A stretch of 64,000 bases of DNA from an uncultured delta proteobacterium (GTDB lineage Bacteria > Desulfobacterota > Binatia > UBA9968), in NCBI GenBank assembly GCA_963745035.1, contig CAVUVW010000014.1:128001-192000 (forward strand), read 5' to 3'. Made by a program: the position numbers and the translations under genes. The notes under the pieces were generated by a model. The model had not been told where the DNA came from, searched no databases, and saw only the letters and a program-made list of their open reading frames with translations. Below are positions 40,035-52,420 of the stretch, piece by piece (position 1 is the first letter of the stretch; each line of letters starts with the position of its first letter).

Positions 40035-41033
40035 ATGCCTGAGCTCCGTCAAGATCCGATCACCGGCCGCTGGGTCATCATCGCGCCGCGAAGGGCGGCT
40101 CGGCCTTGGCATATCAGGGGTGCCGAGAACGAGGCGCCGTCCGAGGCCTGTCCGTTCTGCGCCGGCAACGAAACCATGACGCCGCCGGAAGTCTGGGCCG
40201 ACCGCGACCGCGGTACGCAGCCGAATACTCCGGGTTGGCGGGTTCGGGTGGTGCCCAACAAGTATCCGGCGCTCGAAGACCGCCTCGAAGCGACTGAAGC
40301 GAATGACGGCTTGTACAAGGCGCAGGCGGGGCTCGGCGTCCATGAAGTGATTGTCGAGAGCCCGGACCACGCGGTGCAGATGACCGCCCTCGGCGCCGCG
40401 GAGCTCGCAGGCGTCCTGCGCGCCTATCGAGCCCGCCTGGGCGCGCTGCAACAAGACCCGCGGTGGCGTTATCTGCTGATCTATAAAAACCAGGGCGAGC
40501 GCGCCGGCGCTACCTTGGAACATATTCACTCACAGTTGGTCGCGCTGCCGTTCGTGCCGCCGGAAGCGGCGGACGAACTGCAGGGCGCGCGTACGCACTT
40601 TGAGCGCGCCGGCGCCTGCATTTTTTGCGCAATCATCGAGCGCGAGCGCAAATACGGCGAGCGTTTGGTCCTGGAATCCGCGCGCTTCATCGCGCTCTGC
40701 CCCTTCGCGCCGCGCTTCGCCTACGAGACTTGGATTCTGCCCAAGCTCCACGCGGCGCATTTCACGCAGAGCTCGGATGAAGAGATCGCCGCTCTGGGCG
40801 CGATGCTTTGCAATCTCCTGGCAAAGCTCAACGCCGTCGCCGGGCCGGCGCCGTTCAATTACCTGCTATGCTGCGCGCCTCCCCGGGAGATGGTGGACGA
40901 GTTCTACCACTGGCATCTGGAGATTTTGCCGCAATGGAACCGCGCGGCGGGTTTCGAGTGGGGTTCGGGCATGCACATGAATCCGCTGGCGCCCGAGGAA
41001 GCCGCGCGCTTACTGCGCGACGCGCCGGGTTGA
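40035..41033 (+). CDS. galT: galactose-1-phosphate uridylyltransferase
   Basis: MPELRQDP, CPFCAGNE, NKYPAL, GATLEHIHSQ, HWHLEI, AGFEWGSG. Confidence 0.88.
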   Translation: MPELRQDPITGRWVIIAPRRAARPWHIRGAENEAPSEACPFCAGNETMTPPEVWADRDRGTQPNTPGWRVRVVPNKYPALEDRLEATEANDGLYKAQAGLGVHEVIVESPDHAVQMTALGAAELAGVLRAYRARLGALQQDPRWRYLLIYKNQGERAGATLEHIHSQLVALPFVPPEAADELQGARTHFERAGACIFCAIIERERKYGERLVLESARFIALCPFAPRFAYETWILPKLHAAHFTQSSDEEIAALGAMLCNLLAKLNAVAGPAPFNYLLCCAPPREMVDEFYHWHLEILPQWNRAAGFEWGSGMHMNPLAPEEAARLLRDAPG

Positions 41034-42280
41034 GGCCTCGCGCGGCTCGGTTTCGCGCGCCTGCCGCTGGTAGTAGAGCAACAACGTAGCGGTCAAGGCG
41101 CAGCACAGCCCCGAGACGGCGATCGCATTCGGCGTGCCGATCAGGTGGGCGACGCTGCCGATGAACAGCGTGCCGAACGACCACATGCCTTTGTCCATGA
41201 AGAACAAGCTCAGCATGCGTCCCAGCAGATGCGGCGGCGTTTCCATTTGCACGATCGAATTGGCTACCGCGCGAAACGCGATATTGCTGGCGCCGACCAG
41301 GACCAGAAACAGCATCGAAAGCGGCAACGAACGGGAGAACGAGAACAGGATCAGGAACAAGGCGAACGCATACACGCTCATCACGACAAAGTGCAGCCGG
41401 CGCCGGAGCCGGCCGAGCGATGCGAGGCCCAGACCGGCGATCACCGCGCCGATGCCTGGCGCCGCCAGCAGCAGGCCGAAGGTCGATGCTCCCGCATGCA
41501 AGACATCGGTCGCGATTACCGGCAAAAAGCGCGAATAGGGCGTGCCGACGAGCGCAACTCCGTAGGTGAGCAAGATCACTGCAAACAGCCGGCGCTCCCC
41601 ACGCAAGAAACGATAGCCTTCGCGCACCTCCTCCCAAAACGGCGCCTCCTCGGCGCTTTTGGTCTTCGCCGCCGGAAAAACCATCACGAGCAAAGTCACG
41701 ATAATCGCGAGAAAGCTCACCGCGTTGACGAACAAGCAGCCGGCGACGCCAATCACGCTGATGAGCACGCCGCCGAGGGAAGGCCCGGCGATCTTGGCCA
41801 AATTGGCCATCGACGAGTTGAGCGCGATGGCGTTCATCAGGTCCGCGCGCGGCACCAGACTATTGATCAGCGAGTGGCGCGCGGTCTGGTTGACTGTGTT
41901 CACCGTGCCGAGAAACAGAACCAGAATGATGATGTGCCAGAACTGAATCTGTTCGAAATAAACGAGCGCCCAGAAGATAAACGCCTGGAGCATCGCGAGG
42001 ATTTGCGTCGAGAGCAGCAGCCGGCGCCGCTCAACCCGGTCGACAAAGGCGCCGCCGACGGCGCCGAGGAGAAGCCGCGGCACGGCTTGGCAAAAACCCA
42101 CCAGACCGAGCAGGAACGGCGATCCGGTCATCGTCCAGACCAGCCAGCTTTGCGCCATCACCTGAATGAAGTCGCCGACGTGGGACAGACTGGTGCCGAA
42201 AAACAGCAGGCGGAAATCGCGATGCTTGAGCGAGCTGAGCGTGCGCGCCAGATGCACCGAAGCTCGCTCGCGCCGGGTCA

Positions 42281-42281
<1 letters not shown>
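41010..42281 (-). CDS. MFS transporter (MFS_3-like)
   Basis: SLKHRDFRLLF, AQSWLVWTMTGSP, GAFVDRVERRR, NAIALNS; multiple TM segments. Confidence 0.9.
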
Positions 42282-44110
<1,829 letters not shown>

Positions 44111-44111
<1 letters not shown>

Positions 44112-45505
44112 TATTTTTTGTTTCCTTTCATTTGCCGGCGCTTCTGCTCGGTCCAACCCTCGCGCACTCGTTCTTCGCGGGAGTTATAAACCAGCGCGCC
44201 CGCGGGAATATCGTGGCGCACCGTGCTCGCGGTGGCGACGTAAACGTCGTCGCCGAGCGTGATCGGCGCCACCAGAGTGGTGTCGCTGCCCACCTGCACG
44301 CGGTCGCCGATGGCGGTCTTGTATTTATGAAAGCCGTCGTAATTGCAAGTGATCGTGCCCGCGCCGACATTGGTATCGCGCCCGATGGTGACATCGCCGA
44401 GATAGGTGAGGTGGTTCGCTTTGGTGCCGTCGCCGAGCTTTGCTTCCTTAGTCTCGACGAAGTTGCCGATGTGGACGTTGGCGCCGAGGTCGGTGCCCGG
44501 CCGCAAATGCGCAAACGGCCCGATGATTGCGCCGCGCTCGATTTTGCAACTTGTCAACACAACCGAGAAGCGCAGGTGCACCTCGTCGCCGATCACGGCG
44601 TCGGTCACAAACGCGCTGCCGTCGATCCGGCAGCCCGCGCCGATGACGGTTTGGCCGCAGAGCTGAGTATTTGGCCCGATCACGGTATCTTTGCCGATGA
44701 TGACGCCCTCGTCGATGTACGTGGTGTCGGGGTCTTTCAGCGTCACACCGGCGAGCAGCCATTTCTGATTGATGCGCTGGCGCAAGTTTCTTTCCATCGC
44801 AGCGAGCTCCTCTCGGCTGTTGATCCCCATCATCTCGCCGGGATCTTCGACTCTCAACGTCTCGATCACCCGGCGCTGATCGAGGCCGATCCCGACGATA
44901 TCGGGCAGATAATATTCGCCTTGTTGATTGCTGTTTTTCACCGCGGGCAAGGCGGCGAAGAGAAACGGCGCACAAGCAGCGTAAATCCCGGCATTGACTT
45001 CCGCGATGGCGCGCTGCGCCGCCGTCGCGTCTTTCTCTTCGACAATACCGCTGATGTTTCCCGCGCCGTCGCGCACAATGCGCCCATAGCCTTTGGGGTC
45101 CGGCAATTGCGCCGTGAGCAAGGTGAGCGCGGCGCGCCGGCTGCGGTGGCGCCCGAGCAACTCGCGCAAGGTCTGCTCGCGGATCAACGGCACGTCGCCG
45201 CTCAAGATCAAAATATCGCCGGTGAAATTGTCGAACGCCTGCCGGGCGCACAGCACCGCATGGCCAGTGCCGAGCTGGCGCTCTTGGGTCACCCAAATAA
45301 TTTCAGCCGATGGCTGCGCCTGCCGCACCGCGGCTGCGCCGTGGCCGACGACGACGGCGACGACCCGGGGCGCGAGCCGGCGGACGGTGTCCAGGGCATG
45401 CAAAAAAAGCGGCTTGCCACCGAGCGGGTGCAGCACCTTCGGCACTTCGGATTTCATCCGGGTTCCCTGCCCGGCAGCGAGTAGAATAACGCCCAAGTCC
45501 GGCAT
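44111..45505 (-). CDS. glmU: bifunctional UDP-GlcNAc pyrophosphorylase/GlcN-1-P acetyltransferase
   Basis: [39 protein letters not shown]. Confidence 0.96.
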
Positions 45506-45714
45506 AGCGCAGATCCACGAAACGAAAATTAGGATTATAGAGGAACTTGCGTATCAATCCAATCGACAAAACCACCTGGGATCGAGCATCGCAGCCAACA
45601 TGGCGGGTAAAAACACCGGCTTGAAAAATCCTTGTCAGCTCCGGCGATTTCGACTACAAAAAGAGTACGGCAGTCGTCAACTCTTCGCCGTCGCCACCCA
45701 TGGAGGACCATCCG

Positions 45715-45876
45715 GTGAAACGTTCCGAGTCAGCCCCGTCTGAAACCGAAGCCGAGGGAAATTGGTGGGACTACTGCCCGATTTGCAACGCCCGGCTGAT
45801 CAATCAAAAGTGTAGATACGTCTGCTCCGATCCGAAATGTAATTTCTTCATGAGCTGCAGTGAATTCGATCTTTGA
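45715..45876 (+). CDS. 53-aa Cys-rich putative zinc-finger microprotein
   Basis: GGAGG RBS plus GTG; ...WWDYCPICNARLINQKCRYVCSDPKCNFFMSCSEFDL*; absent from ORF track (<60 aa). Confidence 0.75.
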   Translation: MKRSESAPSETEAEGNWWDYCPICNARLINQKCRYVCSDPKCNFFMSCSEFDL

Positions 45877-45925
45877 GATTCCCGGCGCGCTGGCCATCTG
45901 GAAAAGACTGCGGTAGAAAATGCAC

Positions 45926-46654
45926 ATGGCGAAAACCGCTGGCATCGTGGTCATCGGCAACGAGGTTCTGTCGGGCAAGACTCAGGACATCAACTCGCAT
46001 TTTTTCTGCGCCGAGCTACGCCGCCTCGGGGTCGAAGTGCGAAAAATCGCGACCATCCAAGATGAAATCGCGCTCATCGGCGGCGAGGTCGCGGCGTTCT
46101 CCGCGCGCTACGACTACGTTTTCACATCAGGCGGCGTCGGGCCGACCCACGACGACGTTACGATCGAAGGCATCGCCCACGGTTTCGGTCTCCCGGTTGT
46201 CCGCCACCCGGACATCGAGCGACGCATGCGCCAGCGCTTCGGCGGCGACGTGAACGAAGCGCGGCTGCGCATGGCCAACGTGCCGGAAGGCGCCAAGCTG
46301 CTCGCCACCGAGGCGCTGTTTGCGCCGATCATCAATATCCGCAACGTTTATATTTTTCCGGGCATACCGTCGATTCTTCAGGAGCGCTTTCACGCCATCA
46401 AAGAAATGTTTCGCGACGCGCCGTATTATTTGAAAAACGTCTACGTGCGCTACGGCGAGGGAGTTATCGCCGAGATGCTGAACGGTGTCTTGGCGAGATT
46501 TCCCCACCTCCTGCTGGGCTCGTACCCGGTCCTCGATGTCGCCGAGTACAAAGTCAAAGTCACTCTGGAGTCCAAGGACTCCGCCTACCTCGATCAGGCG
46601 CTCCATTCCTTTCTCGCTTCTCTTCCCGAGGACGCCGTCCACCGCATCGACTGA
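45926..46654 (+). CDS. CinA N-terminal-like / molybdopterin-binding domain protein
   Basis: VIGNEVLSGKTQDINS, TSGGVGPTHDDVT, FPGIP, GSYP. Confidence 0.88.
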   Translation: MAKTAGIVVIGNEVLSGKTQDINSHFFCAELRRLGVEVRKIATIQDEIALIGGEVAAFSARYDYVFTSGGVGPTHDDVTIEGIAHGFGLPVVRHPDIERRMRQRFGGDVNEARLRMANVPEGAKLLATEALFAPIINIRNVYIFPGIPSILQERFHAIKEMFRDAPYYLKNVYVRYGEGVIAEMLNGVLARFPHLLLGSYPVLDVAEYKVKVTLESKDSAYLDQALHSFLASLPEDAVHRID

Positions 46655-46662
46655 ACTAAAAA

Positions 46663-48126
46663 ATGGCGGATCATTCTTCCTGGGGAGTGCTGCCGCCGTA
46701 CAAGACTGCGCCGCTGCCGCCGCTGCCGGGTTTGTGGCGCGCGCTCGGTCCCGGCGTGATTTTCATGGCGCTGGCCCAAGGCAGCGGCGAGCTGATTTTC
46801 TGGCCCTACACGATCGCCAAATACGGCCTCGCGTTTCTTTTCCTCCTCCTGCCCGCCTGCCTGCTGCAGGTTCCGATCATTTATGAGATCGGCCGCTACA
46901 CGCTTTTGACCGGCGAAAGCATCTTTCAAGGCTTCATCCGCTTGAACCGCTATTTTGCTTTTTTTCTGTGGCTCTTGATGACGCTGTCGTTTCTCTGGTT
47001 CGGCGCCTTCGCCGCCGCCGGCGGCACTTCGCTGGCCGCGCTCACCGATTTGCCCGCCGGCTGGCCGCGCCAGCACCAGAGCCTTTTCTGGGCCTATCTC
47101 TCGATGGCGGTTTTTCTCGTCGCTATCCTGCTCAGCAGAGTGATTTATCGCCTGATCGAAGTATTCATGTGGGGCGTCGCGCTGTTCACCTTGCTCGGCC
47201 TTTTCTGGGCTTCGGCCAATGTGGAAGTTCTCAGCGTCTTGCCCGCTTTTTTGCGCGGGCTGGTTTTTCCCGAGTGGCCGATGCCGCGGCCGTGGGATCC
47301 GGCCGATGCGACCAGGCTCCTGACCGCGGTGACCTTCGCCGGCCTCGGCGGATTCTGGACGCTCTTCTACTCCTACTGGCTGCGCGACAAAGGGTCGGCG
47401 ATGGCGTTTTACATGGGCAGAATGACCGGCCCGATCACCGGCAAGCCGGAATCGATGTCCGATGTCGGCGCCGTGCCGAGCCGGGATGAGGGCCTCGCTC
47501 ACCTGCCGGCATGGCGTCGCTTCCTGTTTTGCGACATCAGCATCGGCGTCGCCGGCAATATCGTCACCACCCTGCTCACCTGCCTGCTCGCCTATGCGCT
47601 GCTCTATCCCAAAGGCCTGTTGCCGCAGAACTACGAGATCGCGGTGGTCCAGAGCCGCTTTTTCGAGGCCAGTTGGGGCTGGTGGGGAAAAGTTTTTTTC
47701 TTGATCATCGCCGCGGCGTTTCTCTCGGATACCTGGCTCGCCACCGTGGATGCGGTGAGCCGCATCCACACCGATTGCGTCTACGGCTTTTTTCCCAAAG
47801 CGCGCGCGCTGCCCTACCGCAAATGGTACCTGTTTTTTCTGCTCCTGCTGACGCTGATTACTTCCGCCACCATGCAGCTCGACGAGCCCGGCGCGCTGAT
47901 TCTCATCTCCGCCGTGATCGGCTTTCTCGGCACGGTGATCTATTCCATCGCCTTGATCGTGCTCAATCACGTTTACCTGCCGCGCTGGTTGCCCGCGCTC
48001 GCCCGCCCCGGGAGAACAAGTCTGATTTTTCTGATCATCTCCTGCGTCGCCTATCTCAGCCCTCGCCGTTCTCTACTTGCTGACTTTAATGGGGGCTATT
48101 TAAACTCTCAGACGATGGATCATTAG
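46663..48126 (+). CDS. Nramp-like / APC superfamily membrane transporter (C-terminus possibly frameshifted)
   Basis: LGPGVIFMALAQGSGELIFWP, EIGRYTLLTGES, YSYWLRDKG. Confidence 0.8.
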   Translation: MADHSSWGVLPPYKTAPLPPLPGLWRALGPGVIFMALAQGSGELIFWPYTIAKYGLAFLFLLLPACLLQVPIIYEIGRYTLLTGESIFQGFIRLNRYFAFFLWLLMTLSFLWFGAFAAAGGTSLAALTDLPAGWPRQHQSLFWAYLSMAVFLVAILLSRVIYRLIEVFMWGVALFTLLGLFWASANVEVLSVLPAFLRGLVFPEWPMPRPWDPADATRLLTAVTFAGLGGFWTLFYSYWLRDKGSAMAFYMGRMTGPITGKPESMSDVGAVPSRDEGLAHLPAWRRFLFCDISIGVAGNIVTTLLTCLLAYALLYPKGLLPQNYEIAVVQSRFFEASWGWWGKVFFLIIAAAFLSDTWLATVDAVSRIHTDCVYGFFPKARALPYRKWYLFFLLLLTLITSATMQLDEPGALILISAVIGFLGTVIYSIALIVLNHVYLPRWLPALARPGRTSLIFLIISCVAYLSPRRSLLADFNGGYLNSQTMDH

Positions 48127-48400
48127 AGTAAATGCGATCTTCCCGCGGGGCGCGATCCTGGAGTCGTGAAGATACCCCAAGCGTGCAGCCGCAAAGTCTC
48201 TCACGACTTGGCATCCATCTCGACATCGGACGATGATTCTCCATAAACCACTGGTGATCACAATCCATTCAGAGCAGTGAAGCATTGTCTTCACGTGGAA
48301 GAGATGCGCCCCGCGGACTCCAATTTTGGATTGAGCGCCGCGCTCGATGGATTTGCCGGGGCCAAGCTGCTACCGTGGTAAAAATTTTGGAGAACTTTCC

Positions 48401-49051
48401 GTGAGCGAAATTCTCAATTGGATCATGGAATCCATCCGCGCCCATGGCGCGTGGAGCGTTTTCGTCGGCGTGATCATCGAATCGGTGATCGTGCCGATCC
48501 CGTCGCCTCTGATCATCATGGGCGCGGGCTTCGTGCTGATCAGCCCGCAGTTGTCCTTTGTTCAGGCGTTGCTGCCGATCATGCTGCAAATCGTGTTGCC
48601 CGGCGCCATCGCTTCCACATTGGGCGCCTACATCGGCTACGCCATCGGCTATCTCGGCGGCAAGCCGATGGTCGATCGCTGGGAAAAGTTTCTGGGATTT
48701 AGCTGGAAAGATGTGGAAGCGCTCGAACGTCGCTTTCAAAGCGGCCAGATCAATACTTTGATTTTTTTTCTTCGCGCGCTGCCGGTTTTTCCGCTTTCGG
48801 TGATTTCAGCGGCGGCAGGCTTGCTGCGCTTGCCGCTCGGCAAATTCAGCCTCTGGACTTTTTACGGCGCCATTCCGCGCTGCTTGTTTCTTGGTTATCT
48901 CGGTTGGGGCCTGGGCGAAACCTATCAGGGCATGGCCAAAGGACTCGACAGGGCGGAAGGCATCGTTTCCGCGGTTCTGATTCTGGCAATCATCGGCGCG
49001 ATCCTTTGGCTCCGCGCTCGCGTACGCGGCAAACTGCTGGACAACGGCTAG
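48401..49051 (+). CDS. DedA/VTT domain membrane protein
   Basis: IESVIVPIPS, LGAYIGYAIGYLGG, RALPVFP, SAAAG. Confidence 0.88.
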   Translation: MSEILNWIMESIRAHGAWSVFVGVIIESVIVPIPSPLIIMGAGFVLISPQLSFVQALLPIMLQIVLPGAIASTLGAYIGYAIGYLGGKPMVDRWEKFLGFSWKDVEALERRFQSGQINTLIFFLRALPVFPLSVISAAAGLLRLPLGKFSLWTFYGAIPRCLFLGYLGWGLGETYQGMAKGLDRAEGIVSAVLILAIIGAILWLRARVRGKLLDNG

Positions 49052-49755
49052 AAAATTCCTAGCTCCGAACCGATCTCCCAACCCAACCAAAGCCCGAAAA
49101 CCACGCTGGCGACTCCGGCGAAGACGCGGATGGAGCGGTTCATCGCGGCAAAGCGCTGCGCCGTCAAGACGAACGGCAAGCTGATGATGCCGCTCAGCAA
49201 AAGCATGCCGCCCACCGAGCCCAAGCCGAAGATTACGATGTAGAGCAGCGCGCCGAGCGGCGACTCGATCGTCGAAAGCACGAGCAGCATGAGCGCGGCG
49301 CTGCCCGCCAAGCCGTGCACCATGCCGACGACGAACGGCCGGCGCATCGCCTGAAACGGATGGGTGTGGGCGTGGTCCTGCCTGGGATTGTCATGGACGT
49401 GAAAATGGGTGTGCGTCTGCGGACTGTGGCTGTGCGTGTGCAAGTGAACTTGCTCGGCGAATGTTTTGCGCAAAACGTTGATGCCGAGAACGATCAACAT
49501 CGCGGCGACCAAAAGCTCCAGTGCGCCGGCGACGTGCGGCGGGATCGTCAATCTCAGCCCGATGACCAGCAAACCGACGAGGAACAAGGTGGTCGTGTGG
49601 CCCAAACCCCAGAAGGCGCCGATCAGCGACGCCCATTTAAAGCTCTTCTGCTCGCTGACGATCGTTGAAACAGCGATCAAATGATCCGGGTCGAGCGCGT
49701 GCTGGATGCCCAACAGCAGGCCTAGCCCAAAAGCTGCAACCAGAGAGGATTCCAT
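49048..49755 (-). CDS. Ni/Co transporter-like protein (UreH/RcnA, DsbD_2 family)
   Basis: HALDPDHLIAV, WGLGHT, His-rich loop, VGMVHGLAGSAA. Confidence 0.85.
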   Translation of the reverse strand: MESSLVAAFGLGLLLGIQHALDPDHLIAVSTIVSEQKSFKWASLIGAFWGLGHTTTLFLVGLLVIGLRLTIPPHVAGALELLVAAMLIVLGINVLRKTFAEQVHLHTHSHSPQTHTHFHVHDNPRQDHAHTHPFQAMRRPFVVGMVHGLAGSAALMLLVLSTIESPLGALLYIVIFGLGSVGGMLLLSGIISLPFVLTAQRFAAMNRSIRVFAGVASVVFGLWLGWEIGSELGIF

Positions 49756-49861
49756 AGCTGGTAAAAACTTGCCCCGGCCGACTGTCGGCCCGGCGACACT
49801 TCAACTCACGATAAGTCCGGCGAAAATTACGCGTCGAGAGCGCGCGGGCGGAGGATTAAAG

Positions 49862-50293
49862 TCAGCGATCCGTCAATGGCTGGCCGGTCTGCGTGCCGAT
49901 CCACACCTCGCCCCCCTCGTAGACTTCCTTCTTCCAGATCGGCACGGTTTTTTTGATTTCCTCGATAGCAAACCGGCTGGCGGCAAACGCCGCGTCCCGG
50001 TGCGCCGATGACACCGCGATGATCACGCTGGCCTCGCCGATCCGCACCGGCCCGAGCCGGTGCACGATCGCCATCCGGCAGATCGGCCATCGCTTGGCGG
50101 CGTCCGCGCCGATGCGCGCCAGCTCCTTTTCCGCCATTTCCGGGTAGGCTTCATAGTCGAGGGCGATCACTTTGCGGCCTTCGTTGTTGTTGCGCGTCGT
50201 GCCGATGAAAGGCACGATGGCGCCGGCCTCCGGATCGCCCACGTAGCGCACCAGCTCAGCCAAATCGATGGGATCGTTGGTTACCCGAAACAC
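49862..50293 (-). CDS. moaE: molybdopterin synthase catalytic subunit
   Basis: GAIVPFIGTTR, LDYEAY, HRLG, SSAHR, VPIWKKE. Confidence 0.93.
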   Translation of the reverse strand: MFRVTNDPIDLAELVRYVGDPEAGAIVPFIGTTRNNNEGRKVIALDYEAYPEMAEKELARIGADAAKRWPICRMAIVHRLGPVRIGEASVIIAVSSAHRDAAFAASRFAIEEIKKTVPIWKKEVYEGGEVWIGTQTGQPLTDR

Positions 50294-50299
50294 GATCTC

Positions 50300-50545
50300 T
50301 CAACCTCCGCTTACCGGCGGCACGAACACCACCTCGTCGTTGTCTCTGAGCTCGTGATCGCGGCTGACATAGTTCTGGTTGACCGCGTAGAGAAGGCGAA
50401 TGCCGGGCACGTCGAGCTTGGGATACTCCCGCTGCAAAGCGCGCCAGAGATCGGCCACCGTGCTGCCCTCGGCGATTTCTTTCGCGACCTCCGCCGCCCC
50501 GGCGCGCTCGCGCAGGATGGCAAAGAATTTGATTCGCACCTTCAT
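50300..50545 (-). CDS. moaD: molybdopterin synthase sulfur carrier subunit
   Basis: FFAILRE, AVNQNY, PPVSGG C-terminus. Confidence 0.93.
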   Translation of the reverse strand: MKVRIKFFAILRERAGAAEVAKEIAEGSTVADLWRALQREYPKLDVPGIRLLYAVNQNYVSRDHELRDNDEVVFVPPVSGG

Positions 50546-51048
50546 TGCCCCTGGAGCTGAGAGACCATGTGGCGGATTTCGGGCAGGATCAATTTCTCCA
50601 TCGCCAGGGTGACCGCGCCCCTCGATCCGGGTAGCGAGATGAGGATTTTGCCGCGCGCGCTTCCGGCGGCCGCCCGGCTCATGATCGCTGCCGACCCGAT
50701 GTCGAGATAGCTCAAATAGCGGAAGACTTCGCCGAAGCCGTCGAGCTTCTTCTCCAGAAAGCGCCCGACGACCTCATAAGTCCCGTCCCGCGGCGCGATG
50801 CCGGTGCCGCCGTTGACGATCACAGCATCGACATCGGCGCGCGCAAGCGCTTGTTCGAGCAACCTGTGGATTTGCGACGGCTCGTCTTTGACGATCTGGT
50901 AACCCGCCATTTGGTGGTCGTTATCGGCCAACAATTTCTTGATCGTCTGCCCGCTCGTGTCCGTGCTCTCGTCGCGGGTGTCGCTCACCGTGACGATGAA
51001 ACAACGGATGCTCTTCTTCCCTTTTTCTTTATGCTCTTGAACCGACAT
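50542..51048 (-). CDS. moaB: molybdenum cofactor biosynthesis protein B
   Basis: TVSDTR, GGTGIAPRDGT, GFGEVFR, SRA, LPGS. Confidence 0.9.
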   Translation of the reverse strand: MSVQEHKEKGKKSIRCFIVTVSDTRDESTDTSGQTIKKLLADNDHQMAGYQIVKDEPSQIHRLLEQALARADVDAVIVNGGTGIAPRDGTYEVVGRFLEKKLDGFGEVFRYLSYLDIGSAAIMSRAAAGSARGKILISLPGSRGAVTLAMEKLILPEIRHMVSQLQGQ

Positions 51049-51191
51049 CGCCGCTCTCCCGGATCTCAGCTCGGATCATAGCAACACCTTTCTTGAATTC
51101 AAAGCTCGGGACAGCTCGGCGATTTCGACCGGCGGCGTTGCCAAAACCTCTGCGAGTTGCCGCGAAACGATGTCCAGAATATTATGGGAGC

Positions 51192-52357
51192 ATGACGCGG
51201 CCGCCCTTTTCTCTCTACATTCACATCCCGTATTGCGTCAGCAAGTGCCCTTACTGCGATTTCAATTCCCACGTCGTCGCGGAGATCCCCGAAGCAGGCT
51301 ACATCGACGCCCTACTGCGGGAGCTGGAGCATTACGGCGCGATGGAGGATTGGCGCGAGCGCACAGTGCAAAGCATCTTTTTCGGCGGCGGCACGCCGTC
51401 GACGTTCAAGCCGCAAAGCATCGGCAAGCTGCTCGCCTGGGTGGCGGCGACTTTTCCGATCAATCTCGACTGTGAAATCACCTTGGAAGCCAATCCCGGA
51501 ACGGTCGACAGTGAGAAATTCTTCGGCTATCGCGACGCCGGGGTGAACCGCATCAGCGTCGGCGTGCAGTCGTTTCAACCGAAGCTGCTGCAATTTCTCG
51601 GCCGGATTCACAGCGCCGACGAAGCGCGTAGCGCCCTCGCCATCGTGCGCGAGGCCGGCTTCGAAAACTTTAGCTTGGATTTGATCTACGCCAATCCCGG
51701 CCAAACGCTTGCAAGACCTGGAAGCCGACCTCGACGCGGCGTTGGCATTTCAGCCGCCGCACCTCTCCGCCTACAACCTGACTTTCGAAGAAGGCACGCC
51801 GTTTCACCACGAATATCGCGCCGGCCGGATGAAGTCGCTCGGCGAAGAAGAAGAAATCGCCATGGCCGAGATGATCCAGGAAAAATTATCGGGCGCGGGC
51901 CTCTCGCGCTACGAAATCTCGAATTACGCCCGTCGCGGCTGGCATTCAAGGCACAACGTCAACTACTGGCGCAGCGGCGACTATCTCGGTCTCGGGGCCG
52001 GCGCGCACAGCTACCGAGTCGATGGCTCCAGACCTCCCGCGCGGGCGCCGTTGGAGCAATGAAAAAAACCCCGGACGTTATATGGCGCAGACGCTGGAAG
52101 CGCGCCCCGCCATCGTCGAAACCGAAGCCATCGAATTTGCCAAAGCGGCCGGCGAGTTCATGTTTCTCGGATTGCGCATGACCGAAGGAATCGCCGTGCA
52201 AAAATTCGCCGCGAGGTTCGGCAAGCCGCCGGCGGACTTTTATCCCAAGATTCGCGACTGGGTGGACGGGAGCCTCTTGGAAGAAACCGCCGGCCATCTG
52301 CGCCTGACGCCCAAGGGTCTGCTGGTCGCCAATGCGATCTTTGTCGAATTCCTGTAG
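51192..52357 (+). CDS. hemW: radical SAM heme chaperone (two apparent frameshifts)
   Basis: LYIHIPYCVSKCPYCDFNS, FGGGTPS, EANP, YEISNYA, HNVNYW, GLGAGAHS. Confidence 0.92.
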
Positions 52358-52420
52358 CGCCGCTCGTAAAGCTGCCGAAACTACGATAGGTCTTTGCCAA
52401 AAAGAGTATGAGGAGTATCC

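Noticed and set aside
48143-48316. 6S RNA call
   Set aside because: Size fits, but the inner stem, conserved bubble-flanking motifs and usual zapA/ygfA context are not evident.
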